The notes: generated from the letters alone by a model not told the origin. Shown: positions 1-7,954, counted from the stretch's first letter. The stretch is DNA of 27,131 bases from Vulcanimicrobiota bacterium (GCA_003135555.1 PLCF01000021.1:1-27131), one strand, 5' to 3'. Numbers and translations are program-made.

Positions 1-18
1 ACGGCGAAGGGCGTTCGT

Positions 19-3000
19 ATGATCCGAGGCGTGGGCCTGCGTTCGGCGGTCGCGATCAACGTCGCGACGATGGTCGGAGCCGGCCCCTTCATCACGCTGC
101 CGCTGATCGTCGGGGCGCTGCACGGTGTGTCTGCGGTCGCTTGGGTCGTGGGAGCGCTGATCGCGCTTTGCGACGGCCTCGTGTGGGCGGAGTTGTCGTC
201 GCGCTATCCGCGCAGCGGCGGGACGTATACCTATCTGCGCGAGGCGTTCGGACCGCGCGGCCCCGGGCGCCTGGTCGGGTTCCTCTTTATTTGGCAGTTT
301 CTCTTCTGGGCTCCGCTCATTCTCGCGTCGGGCTACATCGGCTTCGCACAGTATGCGGCCTATCTCGCTCCGGCGATCGCGGCGCCGCTTCCCACCCATC
401 TGCTGGCGGCGGCAGTTGGGGTCGTCACGCTGATCGCGCTGTACCGTCCTATCCCGCAGATCGCACGCACCGCTCTTCTGCTGGGCGCCATCGCGCTCGC
501 GACGCTCGTCGTGGTCGCGGTCGCCGGCCTGTCGCACCCCTACGCGCCCCTGGCGCATACGATCCCGATGACCTTCACCTTTGCGGTTCCGATCGTCGCG
601 CTGGGCGCGGCGCTGGTCTACACGATTTACGACTACGGCGGGTACGGCGACGTCTGCGCGCTTGGCGATGAGGTTCTCGCTCCGGCACGCACGATGCCGC
701 GTGCCGTCGTGCTCTCGGTCCTCTTCGTCGGCGTCGCGTACGTGCTGCTCAACCTGGGCGTCGCGGCGGCGATCCCGGCGAAGGAGATCGCCGCGTCGAC
801 CGCAATCGCATCGCTGGTCGCCCAACGCGCGTTCGGTGCACCGTTCGCCGTTGTCGTCACGATCGCGGTCATGATCACCGCCTTCGCGTCGACGTACGGG
901 CTCTTGCTGGGCGGTTCGCGCATCCCGTATGCCGCCGCGCGCGACGGTGAGTTCCTGGCCCGGTTCGCGCGACTTCATCCGAGCGGCAAGTTTCCGGCGT
1001 TTTCGCTCCTCACCATCGGGATTCTGGCCCTGCCCGCGTCGCTGCTGCCGCTCGACTTCGTGATCAACGCGCTGACGGCGGGGATCGTGCTCATTCAGGG
1101 CATGGGCCAGATCGTAGCGCTCGCGCTCGCGCGGCGCGGGCGCGCCGAATCGCCGTTCCGCGTCCCGCTCTATCCGCTGCCGCCGCTGATCGCCCTGGCC
1201 GGCTGGATCTTCTTGTTCTGGTCGACCGGGGCGCTCGCAATTGCTTTTGGCCTCGTCACGCTCGCGGTGGGAGCTGCGGTCTACCTCATCCGTGCGCGTG
1301 CCGTGCGCGGCTGGCCGTTCGCCGCTGCGGCCATCGCGTCGATCTTCACGGTGATCTGCGCGGCACTCCCCGCAGCGGCGGGCCCGCAGCCGCCGGCTGG
1401 ACCGAGCTTCGGTCATGCAGTCGTCGTGCAACGTGACGGCGAGCCGCGGCTGCTGGTGGACGGGAAGCCCTTCTTCTTCTGGGGCGGCGCGTTCTTCTAC
1501 GAGCGCATCCCGGCCGCGGGGTGGCGCAGCTCTATGCTGGCGATGCGCGAGCTCGGGGCGAACACGCTCGATCTCTACGTGCCGTGGAATTGGCACGAGC
1601 TCGCCGACGGGCGGTTCGACTTCGACGGGCACACCGATCCGCGCCGGAACCTGCGCGAGGTGCTGCGACTCGGTGCAAGCCTGGGCTTTCACTTTCTGGT
1701 GCGCCCGGGTCCGGTGATCCGCAACGAGTGGCGTAACGGCGGCTACCCCGCGTGGCTGCTCACCCGGCCGGAGTACGAGATGCCGCTGCACGACGTGCTC
1801 GAAGGGCGCTACCCGGCGACGGCGACGCTGCAGAACGCGCACAGCGACGACGCGGCCGCCGAGTGGATGCGCAACGCGACGCACCTGCGCTACGCTGCAC
1901 GCTGGCTGCACCGTGCACTGGCGGAGTTCCGGCCGTACGCCGACCGCGTCCTGGCGGTGCAGCTCGACGACGATCAGGCCGCCTACATCGACAATCAAAC
2001 GTATCCCGCGCCGCACATGCAACGCTATCTGCGCTGGCTCGACGCGCAGGTTCGCGACGTGATCGGCCCGGCAACCCCGACGTTCATCAACACCTTCGAG
2101 ATGCGCGTGCCGGCGGCGTCGCCGGTGTGGACGATGGGGAACTGGTATCAGAGCGACGCCTACACGATCGGGACGCACGATCGAGTCGAACTCGACCTCA
2201 CGACGCTGCTGCTGGCGACCAACCGGCGCGGACCGCTGGCGCAGAGCGAGTTCCAGGCCGGTTGGTTGGCCGGGGCCGAAGACCCGCAGCCCCGCTCGGC
2301 GGATCCGCGCAACACGACCGTCGCGTTGGATGAGCTGCTCGCGCTGGGCGCGCAGGGCATCGTGGATTTTCCCATGCAGGATACGCGCGCCGAGCCGGGT
2401 TGGGAGGCCCCATTTTCCAACGCCAGCTATGGCTGGGACGCGGCACTCCGCGCCGACGCCCTCGGGCGGCCGTCTCTGTTCTGGTCGAAACCCGATTCGC
2501 GCTTCTGGCCCACCCACGCGTTTGGGCGACTGATCGCCCGCCTCGCGCCGGTGCTGCTGGCGGCGCATCGCATCGCGCCGGTCGGCATCGCGTACGGCGA
2601 ACCCGCCCCGCGCGCAGATTCGCGGCCGCCGGACGGCGCGGCGGTCGTCGTCGCGCGCGCCCGCGCCGCGCTGACGGCGTGCATCGAACGCGGGCTGACT
2701 TGCGATCTCGTCGACGTGCGCCGGCCACCGCCGCATCTCGAGCGGTACACGACGCTGGTGATCCCACCGGAGACCGCCGCTGCAGCCCCGGCCGCCGTGC
2801 GCGCGCTGCACGCGCGGCTCGCGGCTGCGCATACCCTCTTCACTGCGGCGGTGCCGCAACGACGTGGACCGGGGACGACGATGCTGGCCGGTCCGGCCGG
2901 ACGGATCGAGTTCGGTGCGAATTGGACCGACCAGCCGTCGCCGGTGCGTTTTGTGAGCGGCGCGGCGAGCGTGCCGGCGCATGAGGTCGTCGTGCGCATC

Positions 3001-4104
3001 GACGACGTCGCGCTGAGCGCGCTGGGCGCCCGCGACGACAGCCGGCGCATATCGTCCGATTGCGGTTTTGAAGCGTTGGCGACGGCTTCCGCACAACCGT
3101 ACCAAACGGTGCTCACCTCCGAATCCGGCTGCCGCGTCACGCTACGCGGCGGCGGACGGCCGCGGACGCTCCGGCTCGCGCCGCGCGAGCGGTTGACGGT
3201 GCCGGGCCTGCGCCGCCTCGCGGCGGTCGACGACTTCTCGGAATCGAGCAGCAGCGAGGACTTTGCTTTTGCGATGGGCACCCGGGCCGGCGATTCGGTG
3301 GTGACGCGACAGCACGACGACGACTTCGGCGGCGACGCGATCGTCCTGGCGAACGACCGGATCTGGCTGGAACTCGACCCCCAGGCTGGTGCGCGCGCGT
3401 TCCGGCTGGTAGCCTTCGGTCCGGTGCTCAACTCCAGCGCGGGAACGTTCTTCGCACCCAACGCCTTTGACGCCACCGGTGCGTTCCGCGACGACGTGAG
3501 CCTCCCGGTGCCGCCGTCGGCGCGCGACTACATCGCGAAGTACACGCACGACTATCCCGCCGGCACCTTCAATCGGAGCTACCGCGCCGACGTGCTCGAA
3601 TCCGGGCCGCAGGCCACCGTCCGATTCTCGTACGCGATGCCCGATGCTGCACCGGCGGGGCTGACGTTCGAGCGAATCGTCTCGCTGGCGCCGCACTCTT
3701 GGCGCGTCGTCGTCGACGAGCGACTGACCGCGCCGCCGCGAGCGTCGCTCGGCGCTCAGCGCGCGATCGTGCGCTCCTCGCTGCCCGCGCTCGCGCTCAT
3801 CGGTCCCGGCCCGGTCGGGCTCGACCCGTTCCCACCGCCCCTCGGCGCGGCTGCGCCGGCGACGAACGGTTTGGCCACGTTCCGGGGCAAGGCGGTCTTC
3901 GCGGTCAGTTGGCGCGCGGGCGACGTGGAGCGCGCGAGCTGGACCGCGTACCGCAGTACGGGGACGTTGGCCCTCACCCTGGCGCCCGGCTGGCGCCGCA
4001 CGACGTACGTCTACGCGCCCGCATCGTCCGCCGACGCAGCCCGGCGAATCGCGCAAGCGGAGCGCGCATGGATCGCCGCGAACCCCGCTCCGGAACGTCG
4101 ATAG
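19..4104 (+). CDS. Fusion protein: APC-superfamily permease (aa ~1-430) + extra signal-like hydrophobic segment + GH35-like (beta-galactosidase / GlmA exo-beta-glucosaminidase-like) catalytic domain + C-terminal beta-rich domains
   Basis: Single 1361-aa ORF. N-terminus has ~12 hydrophobic segments and APC motifs (MVGAGPF, WAELSSRYPRSGGTYTYLREAFG, GGSRIPYAAARDG, FARLHP, PFRVPLYP). GH35 motifs follow (LLVDGKPF, YVPWNWHE..GRFDF, VRPGP.IRNEWRNGGYPAWL, SEFQAGW). The frame is open upstream of position 19, so the start is not certain. Confidence 0.88.
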   Translation: MIRGVGLRSAVAINVATMVGAGPFITLPLIVGALHGVSAVAWVVGALIALCDGLVWAELSSRYPRSGGTYTYLREAFGPRGPGRLVGFLFIWQFLFWAPLILASGYIGFAQYAAYLAPAIAAPLPTHLLAAAVGVVTLIALYRPIPQIARTALLLGAIALATLVVVAVAGLSHPYAPLAHTIPMTFTFAVPIVALGAALVYTIYDYGGYGDVCALGDEVLAPARTMPRAVVLSVLFVGVAYVLLNLGVAAAIPAKEIAASTAIASLVAQRAFGAPFAVVVTIAVMITAFASTYGLLLGGSRIPYAAARDGEFLARFARLHPSGKFPAFSLLTIGILALPASLLPLDFVINALTAGIVLIQGMGQIVALALARRGRAESPFRVPLYPLPPLIALAGWIFLFWSTGALAIAFGLVTLAVGAAVYLIRARAVRGWPFAAAAIASIFTVICAALPAAAGPQPPAGPSFGHAVVVQRDGEPRLLVDGKPFFFWGGAFFYERIPAAGWRSSMLAMRELGANTLDLYVPWNWHELADGRFDFDGHTDPRRNLREVLRLGASLGFHFLVRPGPVIRNEWRNGGYPAWLLTRPEYEMPLHDVLEGRYPATATLQNAHSDDAAAEWMRNATHLRYAARWLHRALAEFRPYADRVLAVQLDDDQAAYIDNQTYPAPHMQRYLRWLDAQVRDVIGPATPTFINTFEMRVPAASPVWTMGNWYQSDAYTIGTHDRVELDLTTLLLATNRRGPLAQSEFQAGWLAGAEDPQPRSADPRNTTVALDELLALGAQGIVDFPMQDTRAEPGWEAPFSNASYGWDAALRADALGRPSLFWSKPDSRFWPTHAFGRLIARLAPVLLAAHRIAPVGIAYGEPAPRADSRPPDGAAVVVARARAALTACIERGLTCDLVDVRRPPPHLERYTTLVIPPETAAAAPAAVRALHARLAAAHTLFTAAVPQRRGPGTTMLAGPAGRIEFGANWTDQPSPVRFVSGAASVPAHEVVVRIDDVALSALGARDDSRRISSDCGFEALATASAQPYQTVLTSESGCRVTLRGGGRPRTLRLAPRERLTVPGLRRLAAVDDFSESSSSEDFAFAMGTRAGDSVVTRQHDDDFGGDAIVLANDRIWLELDPQAGARAFRLVAFGPVLNSSAGTFFAPNAFDATGAFRDDVSLPVPPSARDYIAKYTHDYPAGTFNRSYRADVLESGPQATVRFSYAMPDAAPAGLTFERIVSLAPHSWRVVVDERLTAPPRASLGAQRAIVRSSLPALALIGPGPVGLDPFPPPLGAAAPATNGLATFRGKAVFAVSWRAGDVERASWTAYRSTGTLALTLAPGWRRTTYVYAPASSADAARRIAQAERAWIAANPAPERR

Positions 4105-4108
4105 ACGA

Positions 4109-4191
4109 GGGGAAGTGGCGAAACGGTATACGCAGTCGCCTCAAAAGCGACCGAGTGAGAGCTCATGTGGGTTCGAGTCCCACCTTCCCCA
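4109..4191 (+). tRNA. tRNA-Leu (anticodon CAA), long variable arm, CCA not encoded
   Basis: Acceptor stem GGGGAAG/CTTCCCC plus discriminator A; D-arm GCGAAACGGTATACGC; anticodon stem GTCGC/GCGAC with loop CTCAAAA; T-arm GTGGG-TTCGAGT-CCCAC. Confidence 0.96.
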
Positions 4192-5265
4192 ATGAGCGGC
4201 GTCTCTGATTTCGCGCGCGAGTCGTATCGTATCGACCAGCAGATTTGGGATGCGCTGGCGTTACGACCCGGCGAGCGCGCCCTGTTTTTGGGGGTAGCGA
4301 ACGAGGGCGCCTGGATCGCCCGCGCCGCCGAGCTCGGCATCGACGTCACCGTACTCGCCACGAGCGACGCGGCGATCGCACTGAGCGAGAAGCTCGGCGC
4401 CACCGCGATGCGCGGCAGCGCCACGATGATTCCGGCGACCGACAACGCCTACGACGTCGCGGTCGCGATGCACGTGTTGCACGAGATCGATCCGGGCTTT
4501 CACACCCAAGTCGTCGCCGAGCTCGCACGCGTCGGCAAGCGCGTCGCGATCGTCGAACCGTCGCCGCCGGCCGACCCGCTGGGCAAGCGCATCGCGGCGC
4601 TGTACGCGCGCGCCAAGCGCGAGGCGGGACAATTCGAGGCCTATCAGCCGCTCGAGTATTGGCGCAAGCTGCTGGCGCTGGTCAAGGGCGACGTGTGGCA
4701 GAACCTGTTCACCTTCACGCGCATCGCACCCAAGGACGCGGTCTCCGAGACGATCGCGTTGATCCTCGACGCGATGGTGATCGAGGAGATGCCCAGCGCG
4801 TACCTCGACGAGTTGCGCGAGCTGGCGGCGCGGCGCGACGCGCAGTTGCTGCCGCTGTCGCGCATCGTGCTGGTCGGAATCACCTCGGGCGAGCCGCTGC
4901 CGCAGGGAAGCGGCGCCGCATTTCGGCCGAACGTCGCGTTGGGTCCGCCGCCGGCAGCGCCGGCGGAAAAGACGCTTGCGGGCGCGTCCGGCCGTCCGGC
5001 CCCCGCACCGGTGCCCGCGTCGCCGCCCCCGCCGCCGAGCTTCGGGTTCGCGGCCGAGACGCCACCCGTCGGTGCGGGGATGGGGACCCCGGAGCTGCCG
5101 TCCCCGGCGGCGCCACCGGCTCGGCAGGCCTCGCCCTTCGGCGGTCCGTTCGCGCTGCCGGGAGGCGAAGACGAAGCGCCGTTCGGCGGCACCGCCGGCG
5201 AACCGGGCACGGGGTTCGGCTGGACCTGGGAGCCGCCCGAAGACCCGCTAAAAAAGCCGGACTAG
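4192..5265 (+). CDS. Class I SAM-dependent methyltransferase-fold protein (degenerate motifs) with long Pro/Ala-rich C-terminal tail
   Basis: LRPGERALFLG and IPATDNAYDVAVAMHVLHEI...VVAELARVGKRVAIVE resemble the Methyltransf_11-type core. ATG 4192 chosen because the longer ORF (4165) lies inside the tRNA. Confidence 0.7.
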   Translation: MSGVSDFARESYRIDQQIWDALALRPGERALFLGVANEGAWIARAAELGIDVTVLATSDAAIALSEKLGATAMRGSATMIPATDNAYDVAVAMHVLHEIDPGFHTQVVAELARVGKRVAIVEPSPPADPLGKRIAALYARAKREAGQFEAYQPLEYWRKLLALVKGDVWQNLFTFTRIAPKDAVSETIALILDAMVIEEMPSAYLDELRELAARRDAQLLPLSRIVLVGITSGEPLPQGSGAAFRPNVALGPPPAAPAEKTLAGASGRPAPAPVPASPPPPPSFGFAAETPPVGAGMGTPELPSPAAPPARQASPFGGPFALPGGEDEAPFGGTAGEPGTGFGWTWEPPEDPLKKPD

Positions 5266-5269
5266 CACA

Positions 5270-5608
5270 CTAGCGCCGCGCGGCGCGGCGGAAGGCCGCG
5301 AACTCGCGCCACAGCCGTCCGAACGCGGCGGCCAGCTGCGGCGGAATCGGGCCGCGACAAATGACCGCCGCAGCCGCACGCGCGCGCGCCAACAGCGGCG
5401 CGAGTTGGGCCAGCGCGGAATCGATGCGCCCTACGTCGCGTTCGGCGCGTTCCAACGCCGCGACGACCGGCAGGTCGGCGTACTCTTCGACCCGGGTTGC
5501 GATGCGCCCGATCTCGCGCAGCGCAGACGCGACCTGAAGGCCCGCGAGGGCCAGCACGACGATCAAGGCGACGAGCGTCGCCCAGAGAACGAGTGCCGCC
5601 GGCGACAC
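5270..5608 (-). CDS. Small protein with one N-terminal membrane anchor and a helical/coiled-coil domain, hypothetical
   Basis: N-terminal hydrophobic stretch LVLWATLVALIVVLALAGL; GTG start overlaps the TAG of the upstream FmdB-like gene. Confidence 0.65.
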   Translation of the reverse strand: MSPAALVLWATLVALIVVLALAGLQVASALREIGRIATRVEEYADLPVVAALERAERDVGRIDSALAQLAPLLARARAAAAVICRGPIPPQLAAAFGRLWREFAAFRRAARR

Positions 5609-5976
5609 TAGGCCGCGCTCGACTCGCTCTTCTTGGGTTTCGAATCGCCGCCGCTCGCGGGTGCCGCCGGAGCGGCTGTCGTTCCGGACGCCGCGGGCGT
5701 GGCGGGCGCCGCCGGGGTGGACGACCCGGACTCGCCGGATGTACTCGACTCGCCGGACTTGCTCGACTCAGCGGATTTCGAGGACTCGGTCGACTTCGGC
5801 CGCGAGTCGTTGATGTAGAAGCCCGAACCTTTGAACACGATCCCGGCCGGATTGAAGACCCGGGACATTTCGTCGCTGCCGCAGGCCGGGCACGCGCCTT
5901 CGAAGACCTCGCGGAAGCCATGGCGGACTTCGCTGATCTTCGAGCACGTGCGGCACTGGTAGTCGTAGAGCGGCAA
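5608..5976 (-). CDS. FmdB-family zinc-ribbon protein with low-complexity Ser/Ala/Pro tail (Ruc/Rv0991c-like)
   Basis: TTG start at 5976 with GGAG upstream gives MPLYDYQCRTC...CPACGS...GIVFKGSGFYIND, the FmdB signature. Confidence 0.9.
   Translation of the reverse strand: MPLYDYQCRTCSKISEVRHGFREVFEGACPACGSDEMSRVFNPAGIVFKGSGFYINDSRPKSTESSKSAESSKSGESSTSGESGSSTPAAPATPAASGTTAAPAAPASGGDSKPKKSESSAA
5725..5796 (-). repeat. Four imperfect 18-nt tandem units encoding KSTESS-KSAESS-KSGESS-TSGESG
   Basis: Units AAGTCGACCGAGTCCTCG / AAATCCGCTGAGTCGAGC / AAGTCCGGCGAGTCGAGT / ACATCCGGCGAGTCCGGG read on the minus strand. Confidence 0.75.
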
Positions 5977-6007
5977 GGGGATCTCCGGAAGGGAAGTTGC
6001 TTCCGAT

Positions 6008-6036
6008 AGTTTAGCGACTTTAGCAGACGCCGTCAA
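6008..6036 (-). promoter_or_regulatory. Sigma70-type promoter for the FmdB-like gene
   Basis: Minus strand TTGACG-17 nt-TAAACT (-35 at 6031-6036, -10 at 6008-6013). Confidence 0.75.
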
Positions 6037-6046
6037 CGAGTGCTAG
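6020..6046. promoter_or_regulatory. CIRCE element (HrcA operator)
   Basis: TTAGCAGAC-N9-GAGTGCTAG versus consensus TTAGCACTC-N9-GAGTGCTAA (15/18 match, exact 9-nt spacer); encloses the -35 hexamer. Confidence 0.85.
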
Positions 6047-6549
6047 AAGTCGTCGAGGACCCCATCCGGTGCCCGGTCGTACTCGACGAGCCCCTTGAAG
6101 TGGATCAGCGAGTCGTTCAGGGCGATGTCGAGCTTGCGTCGGCGGGTAAGGCGGTCGAACAGCGCGCCGAGCGCCCCGCCGTAGGTCGGGTAGTCGACGC
6201 GCACCACCAGCTTCGAGCGCTCGGACTTCTGCTCGATCCGGATGTCGATGCGGCGCCGCACCGAGTAGGCGCCCACGAGCGAGAGCTGGTGGCCCGGGAT
6301 GAAACGGTCGACTTCGAAGAGCTCTTCGTCCTCCCCGGGGATGTTGGAGCGGATCGCGACTTCGCTGCCCAGCCCGAGCGGTTGGGACGGTTCGGCGCGG
6401 CGCGCGCTGCGCAGGAACGAGAGCCAGACCGGCCACTTCTCGACCTCGCAGACGAGGTCGAACGCGGTGCGCGCGGGCGAGGCAACGTCCTGGCTGCGAA
6501 AGAGCGCCCGCGGTGACGGCCGGTCGAGAGACACGGACGGCATTGCCAT
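6043..6549 (-). CDS. SRPBCC (polyketide cyclase/START-like) family protein
   Basis: VASPARTAFDLVCEVEKWPVWLSFL...LGLGSEV pattern and C-terminal helix LNDSLIHFKGLVE. Start could be 6543, 6549 or 6555. Confidence 0.8.
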   Translation of the reverse strand: MAMPSVSLDRPSPRALFRSQDVASPARTAFDLVCEVEKWPVWLSFLRSARRAEPSQPLGLGSEVAIRSNIPGEDEELFEVDRFIPGHQLSLVGAYSVRRRIDIRIEQKSERSKLVVRVDYPTYGGALGALFDRLTRRRKLDIALNDSLIHFKGLVEYDRAPDGVLDDF

Positions 6550-6593
6550 GAGCACCCGGTTCGTCGGCGCTTGGACCTAAAGCCTGCCTTAAG

Positions 6594-6641
6594 ACACAAT
6601 ATATTGTGCACGCCGTCCACAATTACTACTAGGCCTTGTGG
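6594..6641. promoter_or_regulatory. Tandem NrdR-box-like sites upstream of the SRPBCC gene
   Basis: ACACAATATATTGTGC (6594-6609) matches the NrdR palindrome acaCwAtATaTwGtg; a degenerate copy CTACTAGGCCTTGTGG starts 32 nt later (6626-6641). Confidence 0.65.
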
Positions 6642-6669
6642 ACGGGCCCTGGGGAACGTGTGGAAACCG

Positions 6670-7845
6670 TCAGCGAATGGCTACGGCCCCCGAGCCGATT
6701 CCCCGGGCGAAGGCGACCAAGGTCTCGATCCCGGTCGGGATCGCGCCCTCGTCGAGCCGGAATTGCGGGCTGTGCCCGGCGTGGACGCTGCCGACGGCCT
6801 CGTTATAGATCCCGAGGCGGACCAGCACGCCCGGGACGCACTGCGCGAAGTACGCGAAGTCTTCCCCGCCCATCGTCGGCGCCGGCCGTTCGACCGTGAA
6901 ACCGCGCTCGCGCGCGTACTGCGCGAACGACTCGGCCAGCGCCGCATCGTTGATGACCGCGGGATAGCCGAGCAGCATTTCGAGCTGCACCTGCGCGCCG
7001 TACGCCGCCGCGATCCCGTCGACGATGCGCCGCAGCTTCCCCGTCGCCGCTTCGCGCACGGCCGGATCCTGAGTGCGCAACGTGCCCGTCATCGTCACGC
7101 GGTCGGCGATGACGTTGTTGCGATAGCCGCCCTCGATCGTGCCAATGGTGACCACGATCGGGGCCAGCGGATCGGTCTCGCGCGCCGCGACGTTTTGCAA
7201 CGCGAGAACCATCGCGGCGGCGCACGGGATCACGTCGACCGCTTTGTGCGGAGAAGCGCCGTGGCCACCCTTACCGCGAATGGTGAGGTGGAACTCGTCG
7301 GCGGCCGCGTTTACCGGGCCCGGCGTGATGCCGATCGTCCCGGTCGCGAGCCGCGAGTCGACGTGCAGCATCGTGACGGCTTCGACCTTCGGGTTTTCGA
7401 GCGCGCCTTCTTCGATCATCGGCTTGGCGCCGCCGGGCCCCTCTTCGGCGGGCTGGAACAGCAACACCACCGAACCGTGCAGCGTCTCGCGCGATTCTTG
7501 CAGCACGCGTGCCGCACCGAGCAGCATTGCCGTGTGCGAGTCGTGGCCGCAAGCGTGCATCTTCCCGGGCACCTCGGAGGTGCAGGCTTCGCCCGAGTCC
7601 TCGGTGATCGGCAGCGCGTCCATGTCGGCGCGCAGCCCCGACACGTGGCCGGGCAGCGCACCGCGGATGACACCGACGACGCCAGTCTGCGCGGCGCGGT
7701 AGTGCTCGATTCCGAGCGCATCGAGCTCGCGCTCCACGATCGCTTGGGTGTTGTGCTCTTCGAAACCCAGCTCCGGATGGCGATGGATCTCCCGCCGAAT
7801 CGCGACGGCGCGTTCGACGGTCGGGGCCGGCAAGGTGGCTGACAT
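6670..7845 (-). CDS. M20D family amidohydrolase (hippurate hydrolase / aminoacylase-like)
   Basis: HRHPELGFEE, LRADMDALP, MHACGHDSH, FQPAEE, GGHGASPH and GEDF motifs; ATG 7845 preceded by GAGGACGGAG. Confidence 0.93.
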   Translation of the reverse strand: MSATLPAPTVERAVAIRREIHRHPELGFEEHNTQAIVERELDALGIEHYRAAQTGVVGVIRGALPGHVSGLRADMDALPITEDSGEACTSEVPGKMHACGHDSHTAMLLGAARVLQESRETLHGSVVLLFQPAEEGPGGAKPMIEEGALENPKVEAVTMLHVDSRLATGTIGITPGPVNAAADEFHLTIRGKGGHGASPHKAVDVIPCAAAMVLALQNVAARETDPLAPIVVTIGTIEGGYRNNVIADRVTMTGTLRTQDPAVREAATGKLRRIVDGIAAAYGAQVQLEMLLGYPAVINDAALAESFAQYARERGFTVERPAPTMGGEDFAYFAQCVPGVLVRLGIYNEAVGSVHAGHSPQFRLDEGAIPTGIETLVAFARGIGSGAVAIR

Positions 7846-7903
7846 GCGATCTCCGTCCTCCGCGGCGTGACCCGCGCCCTCCCGCTTCACGTCGTGCGAC
7901 CGG

Positions 7904-7941
7904 AAAAGCACGACGGCCCGCCGGGCGGCGAGCCGTCGTGC
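7904..7941 (-). terminator. Intrinsic terminator after ftsZ
   Basis: Minus strand GCACGACGGCTCGCC-GCCC-GGCGGGCCGTCGTGC followed by TTTT, 13 nt after the ftsZ stop. Confidence 0.8.
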
Positions 7942-7954
7942 GGAGGCGACTCGC

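Noticed and set aside
4165..4191. Longer start of the methyltransferase-like ORF (MWVRVPPSP)
   Set aside because: It is the translation of the tRNA T-arm and acceptor stem; ATG 4192 is more plausible.
4109..4191. tRNA as an integration site for a genomic island
   Set aside because: No integrase or duplicated tRNA 3' end is visible in the window, and the flanks have typical GC content.
5725..5796. 18-nt tandem units as a CRISPR-like array
   Set aside because: Contiguous in-frame coding repeats without spacers; no cas genes in the window.
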